From Thalia democratica (Eukaryota), in NCBI GenBank assembly GCA_965202585.1, contig OZ241833.1:31620001-31684000 (forward strand): a stretch of DNA of 64,000 nucleotides. Direction: 5' to 3'. The notes beneath the pieces were generated by a model. The model had not been told where the DNA came from, searched no databases, and was given only the letters and a program-made list of their open reading frames with translations. Position 1 is the first letter of the stretch; each line of letters opens with the position of its first letter. Both the position numbers and the translations under genes were made by a program. Of the stretch, positions 48,690 to 61,800 are shown in pieces.

Positions 48690-51319
48690 GAATGCCACAT
48701 GGAGTATTGTTGACGGTTTTGCGTTTTAGTTTAATGCTTTATACTTTTTAAGTTAAAACGATATAGATCTTCAAATTTTGCAACTTTAGTTTTTGTTTAA
48801 CGTATGTACGGAGTACATAATTTAAAGGCGAAGTGTTATCCTCTAAGTTTTTAATGCATACTTTATAGGTTTTAATAACTATTATAGAACTTATTATAAT
48901 AACAATTATAGAAATTGTTATAGTAACTATTAAAAAATAACTATAATAATAGAAGATAATTTTATTTTAAATATTGGTAAGGAGCTTTTGACAATCTATA
49001 AATTTAATTAGTTGACATGTAGTTTGGTACTTTCCAAACTTGGCCACCCGTTGATTGTTTTCAGTTACTTTTCTACAACTTCAGATTATCTGTTAGCTAA
49101 AATAAAATTACGAAACCGCCTTGCTATTATAAAACATTTTAATGAACTGCATGATTTATATCACAACTTTATTTTTACTTATATTCATAGCAACATTATA
49201 CATACTTTTTTGCAGATAAGTAAATGATGTTCGTTAGGTTAAAGCTTAACTCTAAGATGTAGGCTTTTTTTACACACAGTTGTAACGGCTTTCAGTATTT
49301 TTATAGTCTTTGAAGCTCATCTAAGACTGATTGCAAAGTTAAATCATTAGCTAAAATTACAAATAAAGATTTATATGTACTTTTTTATTGTTTGTAAAGT
49401 TTAAAAATTAGAAGTAAGGTCACTTGGCTGTAGTATTCTGATAAGATAATGAATTTCTTAGTTTTAAAACTAAATTACCGTTAATATCTTAAGCAATTGT
49501 TTAGTAAATCCTTGGTGTGAACTCAGATTTTGATAAAACTGGTACAACTATATTTTTTACAGTGATAAATTTAGTTGTTTAATTAAAAACCAAAATTAAA
49601 ACTACACCTTTAGCAAATTCGATTTTGACAGCTCTAATATAAGTACTTGGTCTTGCCAATTAAAAGTAACTTTTACGTAATCAGCCATATTAATATTTAA
49701 AATACTTCCCTAACAATTAAAATACTCAGTTCACGCTTTTTACCGGTCAAAAACCTCAAAATATTTTCCACCGACCGACGAAATATTTATGGTTGAAACT
49801 AGTTTTAAGATGTTAAATCTTTTTTTTTTGTTTTAGTTGATAACTTTCGTCAGCTTTGACTTGTTTCAAATCCTAAGTCGGGTACGTAAAGTTTAGAAAA
49901 GAAAAAGTTAGTTATTAAATGAAAGCTTTGAGCTTAAAGCTATTAATGCCATAAGGGGATCCAACACTTTTTTTACAAAAATGAACTTTGGCTTTCATAA
50001 AGAAGCTTAAAGTACAAACCAGTTTTTATAGAATTCAAAAATATCATTTAATTATTGAGATATTTTATTTTTTGTAAAAAGTTTCCGATACAAAAGTATT
50101 GAATCTAAAATTTCAGTTAATAAATTGAGTCTAAACAACAAATTAGGAGTGGACAAACTGCGGCCGACCAAACAAAAGCTCTCGGCTCGGATCAATTAAC
50201 TAAGAAGCAACTTATTCAGAAAAAAGCAAGTTTCACCTTTTCCCAAGCTTTCAGTTTTTTCTGAGTAACTTTTCTGTCCAAGTTATGTTTGGTATATCAC
50301 ATTTTTTTTGCTTTTATATACATTTATGTTTTAAAGTATTTTATTTTATAGAATACAAGGATTTTTCCTCTTAGTTTGCCTAATAAAGACTGCCGAAAAA
50401 TACTAATCTAATATATTTATAAAGATAGTATTTTGTCTTGTATTCAGACATTCTTTCGAGAGTGAAAATACATTTAGGTTGGAATTTGAGATTTTTAAGG
50501 CCGTTTTTTAAATCTTGTAAATTTTGCTTTTTCTTTTAAACTAAAGTGCTTTAAATTTCATCAATTGCTACTAAAAGCTTAAAATAAAAAATTATTTGGC
50601 TCATAATATTATATGTTAATAAATTACTACACAGATGGAAACTGTTCAGTATTGTTTCAAAAAAATAAATTGTACTAAAGGTTTTACTTTTACATTTGTG
50701 ATTAAAAATTCTGAACGAAACAATAGTTTCAACTTTATTGATTATTTTAAGTTTAGCAAGTTCTGCGATTAGATAATGCTACTCACAAATTTTAAACCAT
50801 TTAGTTTTGTTGAGAAAAGACATTTGTTTCTTTTTAAAACCTAAAAATCATTCAATTCACAACAAAATTACTTCTCTACCAATAGTTTTAATTTATTTAA
50901 CAAATAAAAGAAAGTGATATCAACAAGTTAAATTATACCATATAGCAAATTATTTAGAAGCTTAAAATAAATACCAAAGTCGAAAAAATTAAAAAAACTT
51001 ATTGTTATAAAAACCCATAATATTATAACTTTTAAAAGCATTAATATAGGCTAAAAAATATATTCGTTAGAATTTAAAAAAGTAACCGGTTGTAATTCTG
51101 ATTCATTAAGAACTTATAAACTATTTATTAAAATTATAAATCGTAATTTGAATAAAAAAAATTAAAACTCTAAAATCAGTCAACGAAATGTATAATAAGT
51201 TTAAAAACAAAAAAATATATAAAAACGTCTAAAATTCCTCTGAAAATTTTACTATGTTTAGAAGTGTCTATTCATATTATATAGTTAAAAACATATTTAC
51301 ATGATCAGCTTTTGATGTT

Positions 51320-52480
51320 CGCAACGAAAGTCATGACGTCATACTTATTACGTCATAAACAGCCAGCCGTGTGTGCAATTGTGACGCAACGACTAGAGAG
51401 AGTCATGTGGTGTCTTGCCGAACTTTTTAAAAGCAGCAAAAAATCAAAAGAAAAATGAGAGGAAATTGTGGAATTGTTGTAAACCATATTTTTTACTAGA
51501 AGAAAAATGATACAGACTTTTATCTTAAAAGAATACAGTGGCGTTATGTTTTTGCTTAGGAGTTTTAAAATTTGAATTTTTCTTAAATGTTAAAGGTTTA
51601 ATAACGACAGAAATGAAACTAAAAAAAATTGTATACTATTATAAAAAATAGACGCTAGGGGGTCAATGGCTTCCAAAGCGGTTTCCACGTTTCAGATTTT
51701 TCACCAGGGCTCAGATTCAGGCTTTTCGCAGGAGCTTCAGAGCTCTGTTTTTTCACGGGAGCTTTGGAATCTTCCGGCCAAATTTCTTCTCTGGTCGGAA
51801 TCCAGAAACCTTAAAAAATTCTCCGATTTTTTGGGTGAATTTCAGCATTTTTTGTTAGAATTCATGCAGCAGCCCTGGTTAGAAGCGGAAACTACTCGGA
51901 AGTTTTAATCAGGGGAAAACACCGGAGTCGGGTTAATAAATACGACAGGTTATCGACAGAAGAGTTGTTGAGAGGGTAAAGATATAAAAGGTAGTTTTAA
52001 TTTTTTTTTTGTACAAAGAACCGCAACAGCAACAAAATTGATTGTAGCAAAAAAGTTTGTTAGTACCTTGGTGTTTAAACTACAAGCTAGTGTTTGCTAA
52101 TAAGTAAGATAGGGAGGTCTTTTATTTCAACAATTGTCGAGACACAAGAACAGAGCTTTTTTCAGCGAAACTGTGTCATCAAATACATCTAATAAACAAA
52201 CGAGCAGGTTTGGCAAAAAAAAAATTACCCTTTTTTTCAAGTCGAATCATTCGAGTAAAGCATTTTTTGTTGAAAAAGACACGAAAACTCGGATTGCAGG
52301 TAGAGAGACACTTTTTGATTTTTTTAAACGTGTGTGTGTAATAAATTTTATTAACCAGCAAGCTAAACGGAAAATGTGTAATGTTTCGTGACTCGGAGAG
52401 CAGCTTTGTCGAATTTGTGTTTTCAAATTTAGCAAAAAAGGCCTCTCTGTCGAGTTGTTTTGGAGGTAAAAAAATGCTCT
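51320..52480. promoter_or_regulatory. GC-elevated island just downstream of the SLC6 3' end; candidate promoter/5' UTR region
   Basis: TGACGTCA and TACGTCA motifs at about 51334-51356 and CpG retention. No convincing protein homology. Confidence 0.35.
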
Positions 52481-52742
52481 TTAAACGGCTGGAAAACAAC
52501 CATTAAAAAAAAAATCAGTTAGTCTCTAGTTAATTTACGAAATCGACAAAAAACTACCATTGAAAAAAAAAATCAGCGCCAAATACAACCTCTGTTTTTA
52601 AAGTTCTAATAAAAATCCTTACTGTTGAGTCACGCCCTCTAACGAAACGTGAAAAAAAAATCGAATAAAACCCGCCAACGACTACTAAAAAGACCCTTGG
52701 TTGAAAACAACGGTGACAGGGCCGCCGTTGCTCGAAGCAACT

Positions 52743-52883
52743 TTATATACTTGTCTCGCCGTTGTTAGGGGAGTAGGCTGGGGGCGGGCACTCGTCGTCC
52801 TGGTTCTCTTTCTCCACCAAGCGGCACTCCTGCTTTTTAGATGGCGGCTGCTCGCATTTCGGCTTCCTTGCGTTTTGCAGTCT
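52743..52883 (-). CDS. SLC6 terminal exon ([46 protein letters not shown])
   Basis: caacag acceptor, open frame to TAA at 52745-52743. Confidence 0.9.
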   Translation of the reverse strand, partial: RLQNARKPKCEQPPSKKQECRLVEKENQDDECPPPAYSPNNGETSI

Positions 52884-55800
52884 CTGTTGGGGGTTTTTTG
52901 TTGAAAAACTTGGCTTTTGTTTTAACTTGCTGTAATGGAAACTTGTTATTTATTTTAAACCGACTTAAACTTTAAAGTTTTTGGGCTATTAGTCTAAGTA
53001 AATAAACTATCTCTTAACTAAAAATATGAATTACAAATATATTTAAGAGAAAAAACAGTTTTCAAAAAGTTTGTGAAAATTCTTTATACCAAGAATAAAG
53101 TTTAATACATTACGCACAAACTCAATTATTTTCAACAATCCTCACCTCCATCCAGCTGTCTCCTTCTTCGTTGAGCACGGTCAGGAACATCTTGATGGGG
53201 ATGCACACCATGCTGGTCAGGGCCAGGCCCCATCCGAACATGTGGCCCCACCAGGGGTATTCGTAAGTTCCGTCGTACTTAAGCGGCTCGTACTTGGCTA
53301 TGCTGAACAGGAAGATGCCCTGTAAAGATTGAACTAGTTAATTTAAAAGTTCTTTTACTTGTTTAGTAGTTGTCGTCGACTGAGGTAAAAATGATGTGAA
53401 AAAATAAACATTTCTACAGCCACTGTGGAAAGAACGTATGGAAGCTTGGATATTAATTAAAATATATTTCATCAAAGTGATTAAAAGCAGAGTCCTGTTT
53501 TTTTGGTTTGGGGAAAGTTATCAACAAAACAATACCACTTTTTAGATGTTTACATGAAAACAAAACTGTTTTATCGCACAAGCATTTTCTGGAAAGTTGT
53601 GAAAAATTCTTTTACAATGGATTACCAAATGCACACTAAAAAACTAATTATATAAAAGGACAGCTTAATATAACTTGAAATCTTTTTGGGGGATTTTTTA
53701 GATGTGAAAATTAAAAAAAAAATTAAATGTTATCACATAGTTATTGCAACTTTAAAATAGAAATTAATAAGCAGCATTGTAGAACTGCATGTTTCATCTG
53801 ATGCAAATTAGCCAACAAGTTACAGTGAACTTGGAACCTCGCCGCTATTGCGTCACAATCACCGTTTTATTGTGACGTAACAGAAAGCACGCGATGTGCT
53901 CATCCGAAAAAAAAAAACGTCAGACGTTATGACGTGATAGTGCCTCTTGAAGCGGATTAACAAAAGTAATAATCCGATGAAAATAAAACTACTGACGTTG
54001 TTCATCAAAACAAAACGTCACAATGCGCGCAGACTGTGACGTGGCGTGTTTGCTGTTTCGGAGCGCGCTGATTGGCTAATCGAAGATCGAAACAGCGAAT
54101 GAGAAAGTGGCATTTGTAAGTAGGTTACATAGTGATGTTTTGTAAGTGGGATTAGCGGGAGCATGTGATTGTGTTATATTCTGTTAGTTGTGCAAAGTTA
54201 ACTTTCACTTCTACAGACAAGTTGCAAGTTCGTCCTTTTAATGACTTTTGCTTGCAATGAACATTGCGAAACTTTTTATGCAAACTCACTTTTTCTTTTA
54301 TACTATGTTTTAAGTTCTAAAACAAACGATAAAAGTTACAGGGGGAAACATTGGTTTATGTTTAGAATCTGTAAAATCTTGATGATAATCATAATATTTA
54401 GTTTTAATGGAGTTGCTGTTTAAAGCTACTTGGGTGTGAAAACAGGTTTAATGAAAATTTTGTAAAAACATTTTTTGAACGATTGTATAATTGTAAACGA
54501 ATGTTGCTATTAATAGACTTTAAAAAAACTTATGCTAGATATCTATCAAGATGATTAATAGGAAAGTACTTTTAATTTTAGATGTTTAAAGTTTACTTAA
54601 ACCGAAGCTAAAAAATTGAGGGAATAAATAAACTTATTTAAAAAGATATTTTGAGACTGAATTATATTAGACGTTATTGCTTTATCAACATTTTGTTAAA
54701 TTTTCATAGTTGAAAAAAAAACTTATATTCAAATCTAACCATCTTAATAACTTAGACTCAACCTTTTTATTATTGTTAGCCAGCTGACTTACAATACAAA
54801 GCGTGAAATATTTGTATAAAAAATAAAACAAGCGTTTACTTTAAAGTACATACATGACTTTATAAATATGTTTAAAAACAGTAACAAGTTATATTCAAAT
54901 ACTTATTAACTCTAGCATAAACACATTGGTGTATTGATAAAAAATTCTTCAAATTTACATACAATTTTTATAAAGCTATAACACTGTTACTATATTTAAA
55001 CATAATTTAAACTACCTTAAACACAATACTTTCAAGTTTATTAGCCGCCAAGTTATATTTAAATAAAATATTGTTAAAGCATAAATAAAAATTTTATACT
55101 AATACCAACAACTCAAACTTTTTTCAAAAAAAAAAGTAAAAAATTTCACAGCGTAAAAAGTGGGGCAAAACACTTAACATTTAAAATTATTATCATTCAC
55201 ATCTTATTTTTAAAACATCATAGAAACAAAATTTAAAACTTACAATGTTTAGACTTTTTTCAAATTATAAACAACAAAAACTCACAATTTTTACCTACAA
55301 ACACTTTTCAATATGTAAAAAAATCACAATGTTGACGGCGGGACACAAAGATTTAACATTTAAAATCATTCTCATTCATAACTTATTTTTAGAACACCAC
55401 AAAAAATAACATTTTTACATAACACTAACAACTTTTAGAACTTTTTTTTCAACTATACAACAAAAACTCACAATGTTTTCAGCAGGGCAAAAAACTTAAC
55501 ACTTAGAATCATTCTCATTCACATCTTAACTTTAAAACACCAATCAAACAAAGTTTAAAACTTACAATGTGAATTTCTTTTTTTTTAATTATTATTTTTT
55601 TTTTTTAATATATATACAACGAAAACCCACAATGTTGACGGCGGGGCAGAGGAACTTCCAGCACACTTTGTAGTAGGGGCCGGGCCGGTAGCCGACCATG
55701 TTCTCCAGGGTGTCGTAGAACTTCTCGTCCCCATAAACCCACGCCACCGCGATGCACTGCCACGTGGCCGTCCACAGCAGGGTGAAGCCGGACGCCCCGT

Positions 55801-58800
55801 AGAAGTCGAACAATTGCAGGATGTACATGCCTCCCTGTTGAGAAGAAGGTTTGTTAGTATCGTACATTGCGTTGTTTTAACATGTTGAGTTAACTGCCTC
55901 TATAGGGGAAAAAAGTAGGGTCTGTGTGAACGGTTGATTTAAAAGGTGTTTAGGTTGGCGCCTTTTAAAAATGTTTTTTAATAGTTTACCTCCCTGTGCG
56001 GGAAAAAAAATGTTGTGTTGTAAATTCATTCATTCAAGACTTTATTGTGCAAAATAAGTTTCGGTCCAAGTCCTCGTCGGTGCTTAAATGAAAAATCTAA
56101 AACGATATGGATATGTAGTTTGCATGATAAAGTCTTTAAAGAATAAATGTGTTATTTCTCCTCCAGTAGTTGAGATCTCTTTAATTGTTTCCAAAAAATC
56201 AAAACACATTGTATTATTTTACCACTATAACATGTTGAATTCTTAGAATTGCCTCCCCGTGGGGTAAAAATTAGGGTCGGTATGAACAATTGGTTTAAAA
56301 GGTCTTTAGGTTGGCGTCTTTTAAAAATAGTTTTTAATTTCACAAACTCTAAAGAAGATGATAACGTACACTTTTTCATGAAATTCACAACTATACTCTT
56401 TTTAATTACAGAATGAAAAACTCAAGGGTATATAACTTAAGAATAAAATAAGTATATTAAAGTTTTAAATTAAATTCTTTTAACCAAAACCAAAAATTTG
56501 GTAAAAACCCTACAAATCATCATACCAACAAACAAATTACGGGTAATTACCTGGGTAACCATGGACAGACCGATCAAGTACAAGCAGAAGCAACCCACTC
56601 CGATGAAAACCGCTTTTCGGTACTTTCCCCCTCTGAACAGCGACGGGTACAAATCTCCCATTGACGTCATCAGTGCCAAGGTGTCGGTGAGCTGTGACGT
56701 CATAATTGATTATTATTTTTTTTAAATTTGAGTTGTCTTCATAGTTACGTTTACTTGGTTGTTAATATTATTGAAACAAAGTAAAATATATATTTACATG
56801 TAGCGTAAAAATTAAATCTTAAGATTTTAACTACATAAGTTTGTATTGGAAATTGTAACATAATTATTGTAAAAATACTAAATTGTTTTGATAAATAAAA
56901 TAATGCGCGCGTTCTAAGTTGCAATAAATTATTCATTTCTGCGCCAAACAAATTCAAAAGAGATTACAAAAAATGAGTGGGAGTTTACTTTATAAGGCTG
57001 GTGTAGTAATTCATTTTATATATATATATCAAAGGTTATTCAGCTCAAATGTGAACAAAATAAAAACTATCTCAAGTCCACGCCAACAAATAAATTAATT
57101 CAGACTTTTGTAGCATGTTAATATTTTGTTTTTCACATGCACAAGAGTTAATTTAATTGTCTCAAGCACTTATTGAGCTCAAGTGAATTGTTATATTAGT
57201 CTCTGTGCAAAGTTTAATATGTCAATTGAACAAAATTAGCACTTAGATTTTCCCAATAAGATTTACTCTAATGGTAAAAAATACATTTTCTTTATTGCTT
57301 GTTTTTGGAAACATCTGTACTTTTAATTTGTTTGTTTTTTCTTATAAACTATTTTAATTGGCACAAAAAATTTTTTTTTTCAAGTTTTTCAAGCATTCTA
57401 TTTTTTGATTATTTCAAGCTTTATTGACACATTTTTACAACCAATAATTTATATGTACCTATGAACGAGAAGATAAAATTATCAAAATAATTACCATGAA
57501 AACTTTAGTATTAGAATATTATAACACCAAAGTTCACAACAAAGAATTTTTTAAGTCTCTTTGTTTGCATATAGCATTTAAAAACCAACAACAAATTGAA
57601 CATTTTAAAACATGTGGCTTTTTAAAATAGTAGTGAGTAAAAGCCACTAAAAAATCAACTTTTTAAATACAACTATTCCGTGATTTTTTTCATTCATAAA
57701 AGAGAATTAACGTTAAAAGGTGAGAAACAGTTTTTTTTTTTAGAAACAAGGAAATTACAGTTTCCGGCTTCTGTTGGCTCAAACTCAGTTGCCTAATAAA
57801 GTTGCTTTTCAAAAACGTTAATTGTGCAACATTCAAACACCTGATTGAAGTTTTATGACTGCTTTGAAGTTTTTCAAAAAAAAAAAACAGAAAGCGACCG
57901 GTTGCAGTGTTAGCTATTGGTCCATTTGTGTTTAATTTCCTTTTATATTTAAATCAAAAAAAAATTTAACAATTTAATTTTTCATTTTTTATGGTGTTTT
58001 AAAAATTTTACTGGATTTAATATTTTGCTAACATATATTTTTGCCTACACCCTACCCTTTTAAATCTTCGTAATTTCAAACATTTTTTCGCTCAAAAATA
58101 TAAGTTGCACAGCTAAACTATACGACAGACGCAAACGAAAGTAACTTCAATGTATAAATAACCGGAGTATCAATAGGAAAGTAATAATTTTGAATACGAA
58201 ACCCACAAGAGCAGTTGTGACAAACTGTACAATTGTGATGGGTGCAAAATAAACATTTTAATTAATTTTCAAATAAAAACTCGCAGGAGTGGACATTCCC
58301 AAAGATGAAGAATTTCATATAAACATTTTTGAAAACAAACAAATTACATATTTAAAACATACAATTTTAACAGAAACAGTTGTACTCACAAGAGTGGATA
58401 TATCCAACATACTAAGGGTACTAATAAATAATAATTCAAAACAAAAGCTCACCAGGGTACTAATGCCCAGCATGAAGATCATGACGAAGAAGAGGATGGC
58501 CCACATGTTGCTGAAGGGAAGGAGAAGGACTTCTTTGGGGTAGGCGATGAACGCGAGACCCGGTCCTGGAATAATATATATTAAAAAAATTAATATAATA
58601 TTGTTAATTATCAAAACAATCGTGTAGAAAAAAGTTCTTAGTGGAAACTGATCGGTAAAACGGTCCTATGGGGGAAACAGTGGTGTGAGTTAAGACTAGT
58701 TTTGTTTTTAAAGTTTAGTACTTTATTTTTTTAATTTAATATTGTCACAGTGGTTCTATGCAACTTGTTGTTGCAGAAACTTTTTTGCTTTGACAGTTGG

Positions 58801-61800
58801 CTCAATAGGCACTGAAGCAATTTCAAAAAAAGACGTTAGTATTTTTATGTCATATATATATATGTATATTTAGTTTCTCTATTTTATTTATAAAGTATAC
58901 AGCACTTAAAACTAAATTTAGATAAACAGCATAATAATATTATATTTCAAGGAACTCCTTTTATAAACAATAAGTTCACTCTATTAGAGTTCTTCGCTTA
59001 AAGTTTAAATCTTGTTAAAATATAGTTTTTATTCTAATTAATTATTTTCCAATTTCTATTCTAATAAGATTTTTTTAATTTATAATTAAATTCAAGTTCT
59101 ATCTAAGTAAGAAATTATTTATAAAAAAATATCCCCAATAAAGTATATTTATATACAAATACTTTTATGACTAACTGCAACTTTTATCAAAAATTTGTAA
59201 AAATATACATTGCTGTTAATAGTTTAATAGCTTATCTTGATGTTTATGAGAGCTAGCAAATTTTTTATAAATTGATTTAACATAAACAAAAAAAAACTTC
59301 TGGTTGATATAAATAATTTTAAACACATCAATTATTTTTGAAAGTTAAAAAATTTGTGTGTGTGTAACTAAAGCTTAGCTTTGAAAACTAGTGTTTTGTT
59401 TTACAAAATATAAGTACTAACGTATGTTATTTCAAAACATAAATCGAAATACAAATTTGGTAAAGTAGTGATTAATAAAAATAATACCATTATTTACATG
59501 ATCAGGAAAAACATATATAATTTATTGTGAGCTACTGTGTTACTTAAGCTCGAAACAACAAGCTTAAACTATTATATTAACATACAAAAAACATTATATG
59601 CGATTAACTTTTGTGTTGTTTTGTTGTATAACAAACTATACTTCCACTGTATCATAGTAGCATTAAAACAAGTACTATTCAAATACAAAAGAAAAAAACA
59701 ACAAAGATGTTTGTGCGATGTTATCCAAGTCGGCACAAAAGTGAAATTCATACGAGGAAGCGGAAAGTGCAAGGCAATGGAAAATTCCCAAAATTATTTC
59801 GCTTGTCTCAAAAAATTATTTGTGTTTTTCCGCATAGCCTAACTAGTTTGTTGTTGTTGCAAATTACTGGATTTTATTACTTAAAACTGCATTTCAGCTG
59901 GGTAATAGGTTTTAGAAATTTTTTTACAAAATTTTCCGTTCTTATTTTCTTTAAACTTTTAAGAATTTTCCAGTAAAAATACAGATTTGCATAATTTTGA
60001 ACCTGATTTATTTAAACCCCGGTGAACTTTAAACCAAATTGTTTGTTTAACAAAGTTGTGTGACCCACTTTATTTACCTAAATAAATAACAATAAAACTG
60101 AAACTGGATAAATATTTGCTTTGTTTTTATTTATCTTTGTCAACTAACTTTAAATTAATACTTACTGGTCTAGCTTGAAAATTTACAATCTATTGAAGAA
60201 TTTACTTTTAGATGAAATTGTTTTAATTTTTTGTTTTTTAAAGTTGGAAACTCTTAGGGTAGGGAAACATTGAAAGTAATAACAAACTTTTGTAAGTAAA
60301 TGTTTATGAACTCTTTTACATTTAAATTTCAATCTATTTCACTTGAATCTTAACACAATTATCATGTTAAAACATAAGACCCTTTTTTATAACAAAACTT
60401 TAAAAAAATTTTAATTTTTTTTTCAGTTAATAGGCAGAAAGAACCCATTGGCACAGAGCTTCAAACTAAAGAAATTTAAATACACATTTATTATTTTTTC
60501 AAAACATAATGTCTCACCCTTTTCTGCGACGTCCTTGACCTCCAAACCCTGTTCCTCGGCCATGAAGCCGAGGGCGCTGAAAATGGCGAATCCGGCCAAA
60601 AAGGACGTCCCTGAGTTGACGCAGGCGATGATGACTGTGTCCCTGTGATGCAAGTGTTAAAAAATTAATAAATTTTATGATGAAAATATTATAACAATTA
60701 ATAAAACTTTTAATAAAAATGTTATAATAATCAATAAAACTTTTAAAAGTTTAAGGAGTTTCTAGTTTAGTAATATATCGTTATAAGTTCTCACAATGTT
60801 GCAAATAAAAAATATGAAAGCTTCTAATCAAATTGCGTCCCTATAAAATAATCTAGAATTTGTAAACTTATATAAGTTTTTTTTAATATTAAAAGATTAG
60901 CCTAATAAACGAAATTAATATTAATTTAACCGCAAAAATTTTCAATGAAAAACGTTACAGTCATCATAAACATGGCTCACAAAAGAAAGAGACCATTGAA
61001 AATGCATTCAAGTGCTTTCGCATATAGGAAGTGGGTATGTGCGGAGAATATTCCGATTGAAACAACAAGATGGAAACTGTTTATTTAGCCCGATATTGTG
61101 ACATAAATCAATGATTGGAATTTGCCCGCAAAAAAAGTTTTCGAGCAAATAAACTATTTTAAAAGACAAATATTTGAATATAAGTTTAAATTGGTTCTAC
61201 ATACGCAATATATTTCAATTTTCTTTTAATTTAATTATTACTATTAATATGAATGGGTTTTTGAACTACACCGCATAATAATTTCGATTTTTAAAAAACT
61301 TTAAATTCGATGGATACTAAGAAAAGGTAAGTAAGGTACAGTTCAATATAAAAATATGTTTATATTGAATTGAACTATAACTTATTGAACTTTTCTAAGA
61401 GTCCCAAAAAAGTATAACTCAGTTGGAACAAAATCAAAACACTGTTTTGCACCTAAGTCTTGTACTTAAAATTTTAATAACAAATATACACCCAAGTAAT
61501 AAACACTTTGTTTTATTTTCAAACTGTTATTAGCTAAATTTCCAAATCTATTAATATTTTTTTTAACTTTTCCTCCAAATTACTCAGCAAATTTCAAATT
61601 ACTTTGAGATGGACTATTGTATTAGCACTGAACAACATCACCTATTCAAAACACTATATTAAACTAATTTCTCACCTGAGGCAGTTGTTGTTGTAGGAGT
61701 TGAAGCTGCCCAGCGAGACCAGCACACCGATGCAGAGGGAGTAGGAGAAGAACACCTGCGTCCCCGCGTCTACCCACACCTAGTACAACAAAATTTAATT

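Noticed and set aside
51666-51908. 80-aa plus-strand ORF
   Set aside because: No homology recognised and no supporting exon structure; the elevated GC of the island explains an open frame.
61336-61370. 14-bp AT-rich hairpin
   Set aside because: Expected by chance in DNA this AT-rich; no other support.
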